The notes: generated by a model from the letters alone, not told the origin. A DNA stretch of 64,000 nucleotides from the human T2T-CHM13v2.0 reference genome, Homo sapiens (GCF_009914755.1 NC_060942.1), one strand, 5' to 3'; positions 29,791-43,490 are shown, counted from the first letter of the stretch. A program made the numbers and translations.

Positions 29791-30959
29791 ATGACCACAA
29801 AAATGGTCAGAAATCATTGTTCACTGGCTTTTCTCTCCACCCCAGAACTCTAGCACACTCAAATTTCTCCAAAAATAGTTCAGAAGCCCCCAAGAGAAGG
29901 GACCCACATGTGGTTCTCGGCCTCTTGGATTCTCCGTGAGATCCACTGTCTGCTGCCTCTTCTGTTGCTGCCAGCATCAAAGGCATGATCATGCTACCAA
30001 TCCCTGCTGAAAGCATCAACATGGCTTATGATACTCACATGTTAGGCACAGTGCACCTACTTTGTGCCTAGAGTTGTACTCAGCACTGGGGCAACAGGAG
30101 CAAGCAAGTTAGGCAGGGTCTAGCTCACCTGGATCCCTGTGTGGCTGATATTTGCATATGCAAATGCACTGCACACACACGTGCACATACCTCATATGCA
30201 CTCACACATACATGAACACACGCTGCTGCTCACCATGATGGCACCATGTGGCTTGATGTTAAGGGTTCTGATACTGGGCCATGGGCAAAGCTTCTGCCAT
30301 TGTCAAAATTTCTGGAGGCAATGCTGCTGATCTCTTGCCTTGGAGCTCCATTTCTGTTTCCTCCTTTTACTGGCTGATCAGGAAAGTGACTGAAGAACAG
30401 GAGCTGCATCCAGGGTTACTTCTCCACTGTGTTGATCCTCAGCCTGGGGCCTCCATGCTCTACTCCCATGAGACAAGATTTAGAGAGGAGACTCCTTCCT
30501 ATGGACTCACTCAGCCACATGGGGCTCCAGGTGAGCTGGACACTGCCTAACTTGTTTGCTCCTGTTTCCCCAGTGCCAAGTACAACTCCAGGCACAAAGT
30601 AGATGCACTGTGAATATCTGCAGAAGAAATGACTGGAGTTGGTCACCTCCTTTCCTCGATGTATCACAAAGTACAAGGATATGAACGGAATCATGAGGTG
30701 TTACAAGACTCGCTCCATCTTGCCGTGTTCAAATAAACGACCAGGGCATACTTGGATTTTAGTAAAGCTGATCATGTCTTACTTTGTTCATGGTGTTAAA
30801 AGGCAGTAGAAATGGTTGGGTTTTAGTTTGTTGGATGGCTGGCTTTTTGCACTCCTTTGCTGCCCTTTGGACCCTTACTTTGCCTTGGATACATTGTTGC
30901 TCTTGGATCTGAACTGCTTACTAACACTTTTTATCTCCTGACAAACCACAGCAGTGGGC

Positions 30960-31290
30960 CAGGGCCTTACCCAACCTTGTTGTCTGTGCTTTTGTCCCAT
31001 CTGTCTAGAATGACTTTGCCCCATTTTTATGTCAAGTGAAATCTTACTCATTTTTTGAAAGCCAACCTCCAAGGAACTTTCTCTAACACTCTTCACCTCC
31101 CACTCCCTTTAGGACAATAAATGGTCCCTCTGTGTTCCCACAGTTGTGTGTTCACTTGGCCAGTGGAATGCTAGTTATCTGTTAATTATTGATGTGTTTG
31201 TTTCACTTGCCAGATTGTAAGTTCCCCAAGGGCAGGAAGCACATTTTATAAACCAGTATAGCCAGGGCCTAGCACATGAGAGATGCTCTG
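30960..31290 (+). mobile_element. L2 3' fragment
   Basis: tgtcccatctgtctagaatgacttt...ccagattgtaagttccccaagggcaggaa...ccagggcctagcaca. Confidence 0.6.
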
Positions 31291-31704
31291 TAACGGTGCA
31301 TCACAAGAATATCTTTGAAAATTGTAAATTAAAAAGCCATATAAACATATCTGACTCCTCCTCTCTACCTCCACTGTGCACTTCACACACACACACACAA
31401 ACACAGTCTGCTCACACACACACATGCTAACCAGCTTGCTTTTAAAAGCCCGTAATGTTTTTGGTTTTACCATGGCCATTGCATGTGCCCAGAATATTAC
31501 GGTTTCAGTGGGTACATCCCTTCTTCTACTCTCAGGTGAGCATTTTACATTCTCCTTACTGTGGCTTGGCTCTGCTTTTATCTCTGCTTTTACAATTAGA
31601 ACAGCTGCATCTTTACATCTCAAAATCCCATTTCTCCTTTTTCAAATTTGTTGTAGAAGAAATAGACAAAGAGTAGTGCAAATTAAGGGAATGCATTTGC
31701 CACC

Positions 31705-32047
31705 TGCTGAAGACTGAATGTTTGTGTTCCCCAAAAATTCATATGCTGAAATCCTAATCCCCAGTGTGATGGTAATAGGAGGTGAGGCCTTTGGCAGAGC
31801 CCTCATGAATGGGATTGTGCTGTCATAGAAGAGACCTGTGACAGTTCCTTCACCCCTTCTGCCATGTGAGAGACACAGCAAGAAGACGATTGTCTATGAC
31901 CCGGGAATGGCCCTTAGCAGACACCAAATCTGCTGGCACCATGATTTGGACTTTCCAGCCTCCAGAACTGTCATAAATAAATTTCTGTTGTTTATAAGCC
32001 ACCTAGTCTAAGATATCCTGTTGTAGTCACAAAAATGGACTAAGACA
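31705..32047 (+). mobile_element. MLT1A/MLT1A0 MaLR solo LTR
   Basis: tg...gactgaatgtttgtgttcccc...tcatatgctgaaatcctaatcccc...ccagcctccagaactg...aataaatttctgttgtttataagccacc...ggactaagaca. Confidence 0.88.
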
Positions 32048-32114
32048 GCATTAGATCGGAAATCAAAAGAATTCAGAAGTTTGGACAAACCAATGTTCAA
32101 CTATTAGATTAGAT

Positions 32115-32337
32115 CAACCTTGTCCAATCCATGGCCCATGGGCTGCATGTGTCCCAGGATGGTTTTGAATGTGACCCAACACAAATTCATAAACTTTCTT
32201 AAAACATTATGAAATTTTTTATGTGATTTTTTTTCTTAGCTCATCAGCTATTGTTAATGGTAGTGTATTTTATGTGTTGCCCGAGACAGTTCTTCTTCCA
32301 ATGTGGCCCAAGAAAGCCAAAAGGTTGGACACCCCTG
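32115..32337 (-). mobile_element. MER30 (hAT-Charlie MITE)
   Basis: caaccttgtccaa...ttggacacccctg; 8-bp TSD gattagat/gactagat. Confidence 0.88.
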
Positions 32338-33157
32338 GACTAGATCACTCTAGGTAATCTAGAGGTAAGAAATGAGAAATTTGGGAGCTACTGACTTTTC
32401 AGAGAAGATAAGCTTCAAATTCTCTTGCACAGGTTTTTCTGTATCAAAGACATCTTAAAGTGCATATTTAACAAGCTTAAATACCCATTCCTATCACCAT
32501 GCAGTGGGAGCATTCACCATGCAGTGGGTTTTAATACAAATCTAAACGGTATATTAGCAGTAATAAAATTATTTTTATTGTGACTTTTTTGCTGTTATGA
32601 CACACAAGTCATTATCATATAGGTAAATTACCTACTTTTATTAATCATGGTTGACAAATTATATTCATTCAGAAACAATAAACTTTTTCTATGAGTCCTA
32701 ATGTACCTCTAAGAGTATGTTATCTATTCAAGGCTCATCTGATTACACTCAATTCTAGCTCAAGAAGAGGGAAGTTTTAAAAATATTAAAAATGGGAAAC
32801 CTGACAGACATTTATATACAAGAACCAAAGTGTAACTCTGCTTCATAGGAACAAAAACAAAGAACTCTAGAAGAAGGAACCAGGTCTTCTCTCTCTTTTC
32901 AGACACCATGCGGTCTTGCTCATTGCATGATTCCTATCTGGGCTCCACTTGGGCTTTTTTTTTTCTCTCTGTCTTCCAGCTGTCTCAGTAGATTCAGTTT
33001 GCATAGACCTTAAGCCTGCGATTGCTTTTGGGTCCTAGCTGCAGCCTCTGTGACTACTTTAAACAGTTTGCTGATTTCCCAACACAAAATTCTCCAAAAA
33101 GAATTTCTACAACATAAGTTGTAGAAAACAAGCCAGTTTAAGAATAGTCAGTCATAG

Positions 33158-33448
33158 GGCTGGACACAGTGGCTCATGCCTGTCATCCCAACAATTTAGG
33201 GGCATGAGGCGGGCAGATTGCTTGAGCCCAGGAGTTTGAGACCAGCCTGGCCACATGGCAAAACCTCATCACTACTAAAAATACAAAAAATTTAGCCAGG
33301 CACGTGCCTGTAGTCCCAGTTACTCAGGAGGCTGAGGTGGGAGGATTGCTTGAGCCTGGAAGGTGGAGGTTGCAGTGAGCTAAAATCTCACTCCGGTCTC
33401 GCAGCCTGGGTGACAGAGTGAGACCCTGTCTCCAAAAAAAACAAAAAC
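33158..33448 (+). mobile_element. AluJb-like
   Basis: gattgcttgagcccaggag; TSD agaatagtcagtcatag/agaatggtcagtggtag at 33141-33157 and 33449-33465. Confidence 0.88.
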
Positions 33449-33615
33449 AGAATGGTCAGTGGTAGAGTCAAGTTCCCTTCTTTAGTCCAGTCAGTCATGA
33501 CCTGGGAAAGGGGATGAACTTGGGCAACCCCACTCAGGAAGGGCTGTGAGAGAGAACAGATTCCTTAAATGAAGTAGAAGCAGGGCTGAGCAGGCAGCCC
33601 AAGGCATGTCGAGAG

Positions 33616-33835
33616 CAGTGGTTGCAAACCCCTTCTATTAACGGCCAGACAGCAAATATTTGAGGTAATTTTTGGCCACATGGTCTCCGTACAACCACTA
33701 AATTCTGCCATGTATGGTGCAAAAGCAACTGCAAACAATACGACAACAAATAAGCATGTCTGCGTTCCAATAAAACTTCACTGAAACAGCTGGCAAGCTG
33801 GACCTGGCCCATAGATTGTAGTTTGCTAATCTCTG
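33616..33835 (+). mobile_element. MER58A (hAT-Charlie)
   Basis: cagtggttgcaaac...ggccagacagcaaatattt...gttccaataaaactt...tagtttgctaatctctg. Confidence 0.8.
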
Positions 33836-34043
33836 CTCTAAATTATTATAGGGAGTTTCATAGTGTTATTTAGCAGTAACACAATAACAGTCAAGAGCAT
33901 CAAAAACTTTTCTCTCAATAAAAAACTTTTTATTACAAAATATCACATGTTCCACATAGAAAATTCACATATGTTGAACATATGTATTTATATATAATAA
34001 GTATTACATATTAACATATATTTTATAATTCTATATTATATAA

Positions 34044-34468
<425 letters not shown>

Positions 34469-34580
34469 TAACTGGATTTATACATATTGTTTTAGATGCT
34501 ATCATCCTCACATAAAATATAGTAAACATTTTCTCTTGTCATTTAGTATTATACAAATATCATTACTAATAGATGTAAGG

Positions 34581-34788
34581 CAGTAATATGCTGGTAGATA
34601 TTTATGAACTAGCTCTCCAAGGGATAAAACCAGCCTGAATTTGTAGCATTTTCTGATTTCCATGGTGTAAATATTCCCACCATGGTTGATTTCAAGCTAC
34701 TAACAGTTCAACAACTGCCTTGTAAAATTCCTGAAGTTTTAGCAGTTGACACTTGCAAGCTAGTATGAGCCAGCTCCAGCAAATTGCT
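34581..34788. mobile_element. MER63A-like hAT-Blackjack
   Basis: cagtaatatgctggta...gatttccatggtgtaaatattcccaccatggttgatttcaagctac...ccagctccagcaaattgctg. Confidence 0.72.
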
Positions 34789-35078
34789 GAAAGTGTTCCA
34801 TATATAGACAATAAATTATTCAACCAATGTCCCATTGTAAGGTATATAGGCTATTTTCACATTTTGCTATTAGTGACGGTAATGCAACGAACATAGGGAA
34901 ATCTTGCCCCAGATTGTCGATTTCCTCCGGAAAGCTTCCTAAAACTGAAGTTTCTGAGTCAAAACTATGCAGTATTTAAGGCTTTTAAAATGTTTTTTCA
35001 AATGTCCATGTAAAAACTTGTTTTCACGTTTGTCCTCTGTAGTAATAAATGAGAATGTTGTTTCACTTAAATCTTTGC

Positions 35079-37502
35079 TGTATTAGTCTGTTTTCACACT
35101 GCTAATGAAGATACCTGAGACTGGGTAATTTATAAAGAAAAGAGGTTTAATTGACTCACAGTTCCACATTGTTGGGGAGGCCTCAGGAAACTTACAACCA
35201 TGGCAGAAGGCACATCTTCACAGGGTGGCAGGAGAGAGAATGAGTATCCAGCAAAGGGGGAAGCCCCTTATAAAACCATCAGCTCTCTTGAGAGCTAACT
35301 CACTACCAGAGAAAAGGATGATTCAATTATCTTCATCTGGTCCTTCCCATGACATGTGGGGATTATGGGAACTAAAATTCAAGGTGAGATTTAGGTGGGG
35401 ACACAACCAAAACATATCATTCCACCCCCAGCCCCTCCTAAATCTCATGTCCTCACAATTCAAAACACAATCATGCCCTTTCGACAGTCCCCCAAAGTCT
35501 TAATTCATTCCAATATTAACTCAAAAGTCCAAATCCAACTTGCTTTTGATTTTAAAGGCTCATAGGTGGAAAGGACAAGGCAAGTGCCTTCCACCTATGA
35601 GCCTTTAAAATCAAAAGCAAGTTAGTTACTTCCTAGATACAATGGGGGTATAGGCATAGGGTAAATACACCCATTTCAAATGGGAGAAATTGGCCAAAAC
35701 AAAGGGGCTACCCCTTTGTTTTTGGAATTGCCCCATGCAATTCCAAAATCTAATAGGGTAGTCATTAAACCTTGAAGTTCCAAAATGATCTCCTTTGACT
35801 CCATGTCTCACACCCGGATCATGCTGATGAAAAGGTAGGCCCCCATGGCTTTAGGCAGCTCTGCCCCTGTGGCTTTGCAGGGTACTGCCTCACTCCTGGC
35901 TGCTTTCACAGGCCAGCATTGAATGTCTGTGGCTTTTACAGACGTACAGTGCAAGCTGTTGGTGGATCTACCATTCTGGGGTCTGGAGGATGGTGGCCCT
36001 CTTCTCACAGCTCCACTAGGCAGTGTCCCAGTGGGGACTCTGTGTGGGAGCTCCCACCCCACATTTCTCTTCTGCACTGCCCTAGCAAACGTTCTCCATG
36101 AGTACTCTGCCCCTGCAGCAAACTTCTGCCTGGACATCCAGGCATTTCCATATATCCTCTGAAATCTAGGTGGAGGTCCCCAAACCTCAATTCTTGACTT
36201 CTGTGCACCCACAGACTAACATCACATGGAAGCTGCCAAGGATTGGAACTTGCATCCTCTGAAGCAATGGCCTGAGCTGTACATTGGCCCCTTTTAGCCA
36301 TGGATGGCACGGCTGGGACAGAGGACACCAAATCCCAAGGCTGCACATGGCAGAGGGGCTCTGGGCCTGGCCCAGGAAACCATTTTTCCCTCCTAAGCCT
36401 GTGATGGGAAGGGCTGCTGTAAAGATCTCTGACGTGCCCTGGAGACATTTTCCCCATTGTTTTGGTGATTAACATTCGGCACCTCATTCCTTATGCAAAT
36501 TTCTGCAGCGGGCTTGAATTTCTCCCCAGAAAATGGGTTTTTCCCTGGAGGTGGAGGTTGCAGTGAGCTGAGATCACGCCACTTCACTCCAGCCTGGACA
36601 ACAGAGCAAGACTCCGTCTCAAAAAAAAAAAAAAGAAAGAAAGAAAATGGTTTTTTCTTTTCTATTGCATCATCTGACTGAAAATTTTCCAAACTTTCAT
36701 TGTCTGCTTCCTCTTGAATGCCTTGCCACTTAGAAATTTCTTCCACCAGATACTTTAAATCATCTCTGTCAAGTTCAAAGTTCCACAGATCTCTAGGGCA
36801 GGGGCAAAATGCTGCCAGTCTCTTTGGTAAAGTATAGCAACAGTCACCTTTGCTCAAGTTCCCAACAAGTTCCTCCTCTCCATCTGAGACCACCTCAGCA
36901 TAGACTTCATTGTCCATATCACTATAAGCATTTTGATCAAAGCCATTTAACAAGCCTCTAAGAAGTTTCAAACTTTCCCACATTGTTCTATCTTCTGAGG
37001 CCCATGTCTCTGGGAAGTTCCAAACTTTCCCATATTTTCATGTCTTCCACTGAGCCCTCCAAACTGTTTTAACTTCTGCCTGTTACCCAGGGCCAAAGTT
37101 GCTTCCACATTTTCGGGTATCCTTATAGCAGAGCCCCACTCTCCCAGTACCAATTTGCTATATTAGTCCATCCTCATGCTGCAAATAAAGACATACCTGA
37201 AACTGGGTAATTTATAAAGGAAAGAGTTCCACATGGCTGGGGAGGCCTTGGGAAACTTACAGTCATGGTGAAGGCTCCTCTTTACAGGGTGGTAGGAGAG
37301 AGAATGAGTGCCCAGTGAGTGGGGAAGTCCCTTATAAAAGCATCAGATCTCATGAGAACTAACTCACTAGCACAAGAACAGGATGGGGGAAACTGCCCCC
37401 ATGATTCAGCTATCTCCACCTGGTCCCTCCCACGACACGTGGGGATTATGGGAACTTTAATTCAAGATGAGATTTGGGTGGGGACACAGCCAAACCATAT
37501 CA
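35079..37502 (-). mobile_element. Complete THE1C MaLR provirus (LTR 35079-35419, internal 35420-37158, LTR 37159-37502)
   Basis: Two homologous LTRs (tgtattagtc...accatatca), typical THE1 internal sequence, 5-bp TSD tttgc/cttgc; the ORFs at 35808-36983 are THE1-int remnants. Confidence 0.92.
36544..36641 (+). mobile_element. Severely 5'-truncated Alu inside THE1C-int
   Basis: Only the last ~77 nt of Alu plus A-tail; 16-bp TSD agaaaatgggtttttc/agaaaatggttttttc at 36528-36543 and 36642-36657. Confidence 0.9.
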
Positions 37503-38117
37503 CTTGCCACACCTGGATATTTATAATTATTATTCACCAATGTGATAAAGTCCAAAGGGATCTTAAATTTAAACTTTAAATTTTTTTATTTTTAAATTTC
37601 TATGTATTTAGTGTAAGACAATTTTTTCATATATTGATTAGCTGGTTATATTCTTTTATGTAACTTTTACTTAAGTTTTTTGCCATTTTTTTCTAGTAGG
37701 TTGTTTATGTCTATACTGTTTGGAATGTTAACATTTGGGATATCAACACTTTTTCTGCCCTATATGTTGCAGGTGTTTTTTTCTCTGCTAGGCATTTTTC
37801 TTTTAATTTAGTTTATAAAGATTTTGATTTATGGAAGTTTTACATTTATATGTAGTTGACACTATCATTTTTTTCCTTTTCATTTCTGCTTTTGATGTCA
37901 TAGTCATACTTAGAAAGGCCTCCCTCATTCTCAAGAGACTAATAATTTCCTAGTACATTTTTCTTTCTTCATTATAGTTGAATATTCAATTCTTTTGGAA
38001 CTTACTTGACATGTGGGGTTCTGATCTGAATTTTTTCTCCCAAGCTGGTCTAAAAACCAATTACTGAACAATTACTTTTTTATAGAATATTTAGGAATAT
38101 AGTCTTTATTATATATT
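37503..38117 (-). mobile_element. Very old L1 (L1ME-type) remnant, probably continuous with 34790-35078
   Basis: T-rich degraded L1-like text (tgtcatagtcatacttagaaaggcctccc). Confidence 0.45.
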
Positions 38118-40381
38118 AATTTCTTACATACTTGAAAAATAAATTTTATTGTGCATATTTGAGGTATACCATATGATGTTATAAAATAGATATAGAGAGA
38201 CAGTGAAATGGTTACAATCATGAAGCAAATTAATAAATTAATATACTTCTCATCTCACATAGTTACTTTTTCTTTTTAGCAAAAGTAGCTAAAATCTACT
38301 TATTTAACAAAAAATCCTAATCTAATATAATTTAATTAACTGTAGTCCTCATTTTGTACATGAGATGTCTAGACTTCTTTATTCTACATATCTCCCACTT
38401 TGCATCCTTTGACCTATGTCTCCCCTTTTCCACACTTCTCCCCACCTTCACCCCAGCTCTTGGCAACCACTGTTTCATTCTCTATTTCTGTATATTTGAC
38501 ATCTTTTCTGTTTTTTTAGATTCCATATATAAGTGAGATCAAGCAATATTTTTCTTTCTGTGTGTGGATCATTCCACTTAGCATAATATCCTCCTGGTTC
38601 ACTCATATTGTGGAAATTGGTAGGACCTCATTCTATTTAAGGCTGAATAATATTCTATTGCATATATACATTTTCTTTATCCATTCATCAATGGACAGAC
38701 ACTTTATGTTATTTCTGTATCTTAGCTATTGTGAATAACGCTGCACTAAACAGGGGAGTGCAGATATTTTTATGAGGCAGTGATTTTATTTTCTTTGGGT
38801 ATATGCTCAGAAGAGGGTTTGCTGGGTCATATGGTAGTTCTATCTTTAATTTCTTTAGAAACCTCCATACCGTTTTTCCATAATAACCATACCCATCTAC
38901 ATTCCCACTGACAGGGTGCTAGGTTCTTTTTCTCCATACCCTCCCCAACACTTGTTATCTCTTGTGTTTTTTATAATAGCCATCTTAACAGGTGTGAAGT
39001 GATAGCTCATAGTGGTTTTAATTTGCATTTCCCTGATGATTAGTGATGATGAGAACGTTTTCATATACCTGTTGACCATTTTTATGTCTTCTTTAGAGAA
39101 ATGTCTATTCAGGTCCTTTGCCCATTTTTGAATTGGGTTATTTACTTTTCCACTTTGAGTTATAAGCATTCTTTACAGATTTTGGGTATACACACATTAT
39201 CAGATATGTGGTTTGCAAATATTTTTTCTCAGTGTACAGGTTGCCTTTTTATTTTTTTTGGTTGTTTCCTTTGATGGCCAGAAGCTTTTTAGTTCGATAT
39301 AGTCGCATTTATTTGCTTTTGCTATTGTAGCCTGAGCTTTTGGTGTGATATCTAAAAAATCATTGCCAAGGCCAGTATCAAGGAGCTTTTCCCCTATGTT
39401 CTCTTCTAAAAGTTTTATGGTTTTCATATATTACACTTAGGTCTTTTATCCATTTTGATTTTATTTTTCTGTCTGGGGTAAGATAAGGGTCCAGTTTTAT
39501 TCTTTTTTATGTGGAAATCCAGTTTTCCAAGGACTATTTATTGAAGAGACTATCCTTTTCCCATTGTGTCCTTTTGGTGAACTTGTCAAAAATTTGTTCA
39601 CTGTTTATGTTTGGACTTATTTCTGGGTGCTTTATTCTGTTCTTTTGGTGTATGTTTCTGTCTTTATGCCAGTATTGTACTGTTTTAATTACTATAGCTT
39701 TGTAGTATAATTTTAAATTGTGATATATATTTTCAACTTTGCCTTTTCAGTATTGCTTTGGGTATTCACGGCTTTTTGTGATTATACATTAATTTTAAGA
39801 TATTTTTCTATTTCTGTGAAAAATAACAGGATTTTGATGGTGATTGCATTTTATCTGTATATTACTTGGGTTGTATGGACATTTTAACAATATTAATTTT
39901 TCCAATCCATGAACACAAGGTATCTTTCCATTTATTTTTGTCTTCTTCAATTTCTTTCATCAGTATTCAGTGTACAAAGGTTTCCCTTCCTTGGTTAAAT
40001 TTTTTGGATGTTATCATAATGGGATTTTGAAAAAAGATTCTTTTTCAGCTAGGTCATTATTTGTGTGTGTATAGAAATACTACTATTTTTATATTGATTT
40101 TTTTATCCTGCAGCCTTACTGAATTCATTAGTTCTATTAGTTTTTTTGTGGCATCTTTGGGGTTTCCTTCATGTAGGATCATGTCATCTGCAAATAGAGA
40201 TAATTTTACTCTTTCATTTCTAATTTTAATGATTTTTCTCTCTTTCTTGTCTCATTATTCTTGCTAGTACTTCCAGTACTATGTTGAACAGAAGTGAAGA
40301 GAGTGGGCATCCTTGGCTTATACTGGATCTTAATGGAAAAATTATCAGTTGTTCCCTGTTGATTACAATGTTAGGGGTGTT

Positions 40382-40416
40382 TGTGTGTGTGTGTGTGTGT
40401 GCGTGTGTGTGTGTGT
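40382..40416. repeat. (TG)n microsatellite with one CG interruption, within the L1
   Basis: Direct reading. Confidence 0.95.
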
Positions 40417-42326
40417 TTTAATAAATGGCCTTTACTTTAAGAAAGAAAAATTTTCCTTCTATACCTAAACTGTTAAGAGTTTTTACCAAGAAAGAATTTT
40501 AAACTTTGTAAAAATGCTTTTTATATGTCATTTGAGATAATCATGTCATTTTAATCTTTCATTCTATTAATGTGGTATATCACATTGACTGATTTGCATA
40601 TACTTAACTAACCTCCATGCCATGGATAAATCCCACTTGGTCATAATGTATAACCCTTTCGATGTGTTGTTGAATTCAGTTTGCTAATATTTTATTGAAG
40701 ATTTTTGCATCATATTTCATCAGAGATCCTGATTTGTAGTTTTCTTTCTTTGCAGTGTCTTTGTCTGGCTTGGGTGTCAAGATGATACTTGTCTTGCAAA
40801 ATATGTTCGGAAGTATTCCCTCTAGCTCTGTTTTTCTTTTTTTTGAAGAGTTTATAAAATATTGATAATAATTCTTCTTTGAATATTTGGTAGAATTCAG
40901 CCATTAAGCCATCTGGTCCGGGTCTTTTCTTGTTGGAAGGTTTTTAAGTACCTGGACTTTATTTGTTATTGGTCTGTTGAAGTTTTCTATTTGCTTCTGA
41001 TTCAATCTTGGTAAGTAACATTTCTCTAGAAATTTATTTATTTGCTTTGGGTAATCCACTCAGTTGGCATATAATTGTTCATAATAGTCCCTTAAGATTA
41101 TTTTAATTTCTGAGATGTCTGTTGTAAAATCAGGTGTCTGGTTTCATGTATTTGAGTATTCTCTCTTTATTTCATATTAGTATCACTAGAGGTTTGTCAA
41201 TTTTGTTTTTTGAAATATTCAACTTTTGGTTTTATTAATTTTTCTGGATTTTTTAATTCTCTATTTGATATTTCTGTTCTGATATTTATGATTTCCTTCC
41301 TTTTGCTAGCTTTAGGTATAGTTTGTTCTTTTCCTAGCTCCTTCAGGCATAATATTAGGCTATGTATTTTAGATACTTTTCCATTTTTAATGTAGGCATT
41401 TATTGCTATAAACTTTCCTCTTAGAATGATTTTTCCACATCCCATAGGTTTTAGTTTGTTGTGTTTCCATTGTCACTTGTCTCAAAATATTTTTTAAATT
41501 CCTGTTCTGATTTCTTTTTTGACCCATTGGTTGTTCAGGGGCATATTATTTAATTTATACATATTTGTGAATTTTCTAAGATTCCTTCTTTACTGATACT
41601 AAATATTGACCACAATTCATACCGTTGTTGTCAATAACAATACTAGATGCTTTTTCAATCTTCTTGAATTCTTTAAGACTAGATTTGTGGTCTAACATAT
41701 AGTCTATCTGGAGAATGTTACATGTGCACTAGATAGGAATACATATCCTGCTGCTGTTGGATGGAAAGTTCTAAATTTGTCAGTAAGGTCCATTTGATCT
41801 TAAGTGCAGTTCAAGCCCAGTACTTACCTGTTAATTTTTAGTCTAGTTGATCTATCCACTATTGAAAGTGGGGTACTATTACTAATACAACAATACTATT
41901 ATTGTATTGCTATCTATCTCTATCCTTATGCCTATTTACATATACATATGTTTGCCAATGTTGGATAAATATAAATTTTCAATTGCTATATCTTCTTGAA
42001 TAATTGACTCCTTTATTATTAAATAATAATTTATTATAATTAAATGATTTATTATAAATAAATATTAAACAGTAAAACTTTTTTGTCTCTTGTGACATTT
42101 TTTGACTTAAAGTCTATTTTATCTGATATCAGTACAGCAATTCCTACTCTCTTCTGGGTACTGTTTACATGACCCAGATGTTAAATTTCTTCTTCCATCC
42201 CTTCACTTATAGTCTGAGTGTCTTTTAAGCTGAAATGGATCTCCTGTATGCTGCATATAATTGAATCTTCCTTTTTAATCCGTTAAGCTACTCTAGGTCT
42301 TTTGATTAGAAGGTTAATCCATTTAC

Positions 42327-43490
42327 TTAAAGACTTAAATGTTAGACATAAAACCATAAAAACCCTAGAAGAAAACCTAGGCAATATCATTCAGGACATA
42401 GGCATGGGCAAGAACTTCATGACTAAAACACCAAAAGCAATGGCAACAAAAGCCAAAATAGACAAATGGGATCTAATTAAACTCAAGAGCTTCTGCACAG
42501 CAAAAGAAATTACCATCAGGGTGAACAGGCAACCTACAGAATGGGAGAAAATTTTTGCAATCTACTCACCTGACAAAGGGCTAATATCCAGAATCTACAA
42601 AGAACTTAAACAAATTTACAAGAAAAAAAATCACACAACCCCATCAAAAAGTGGGCAAAGGATATGAACAGACACTTCTCAAAAGAAGACATTTATGCAG
42701 CCAAAAAACACATGAAAAAATGCTCATCATCACTGGCCATCAGAGAAATGCAAATCAAAGCCACAATGAGATACCATCTCACACCAGTTAGAATGGCGAT
42801 CATTAAAAAGTCAGGAAACAACAGGTGCTGGATAGGATGTGGAGAAATAGGAACACTTTTTCACTGTTGGTGGGTCTGTAAACTAGTTCAACCATTGTGG
42901 AAGACAGTGTGGCAATTCCTCAAGGATCTAGAACTAGAAACACCATTTGACCCAGCCAACCCATTACTGGGTATATACCCAAAGGATTATAAATCATTCT
43001 GCTATAAAGACACATGCACACGTATGTTTATTGTGGCACTATTTGCAATAGCAAAGACCTGGAACCAACCCAAATGTCCATCAATGATAGACTGGATTAA
43101 GAAAATGTGGCACATATACACCATGGAATACTATGCAGCCATAAAAAAGAATGAGTTCATGTCCTTTGTAGGGACATGGATGAAGCTGGAAACCATCATT
43201 CTCAGCAAACTATCACAAGGACAGAAAATCAAACAACACATGTTCTCACTCATAGGTGGGAACTGAACAATGAGAACATTTGGACACAGGGTGGGGAACA
43301 TCGCACACTGGGGCTTGTCATGGGGTGGGGGGAGGGGGGAGGGATGCATTAGGAGAAATACCTAATGTAAATGACGAGTTAATGGGTGCAGCACACCAAC
43401 ATGGCACAGGTATACATATGTAACAAACCTGCACGTTGTGCACATGTACCCTAGAATTTATAATAAAAAAAATTACTTTAAAAAAAAAAA
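42327..43490 (+). mobile_element. 5'-truncated L1PA (L1PA5-like), 1.16 kb
   Basis: ORF2 C-terminus nearly intact (42664-43266, [18 protein letters not shown] zinc knuckle); G-rich 3' UTR tract 43322-43343; perfect 14-bp TSD gttaatccatttac at 42313-42326 and 43491-43504. Confidence 0.93.

Noticed and set aside
35808-36983. 134-196 aa minus-strand ORFs
   Set aside because: Frameshifted THE1-int ORF remnants plus an Alu fragment
36955-37058. ~50-bp diverged tandem duplication in THE1C-int
   Set aside because: Copies are diverged and, as I recall, this duplication occurs in THE1 internal variants, so it is probably inherited with the element
42664-43266. Longest ORF (200 aa) as a host gene
   Set aside because: It is the L1 ORF2 C-terminus in a 5'-truncated L1PA with TSD
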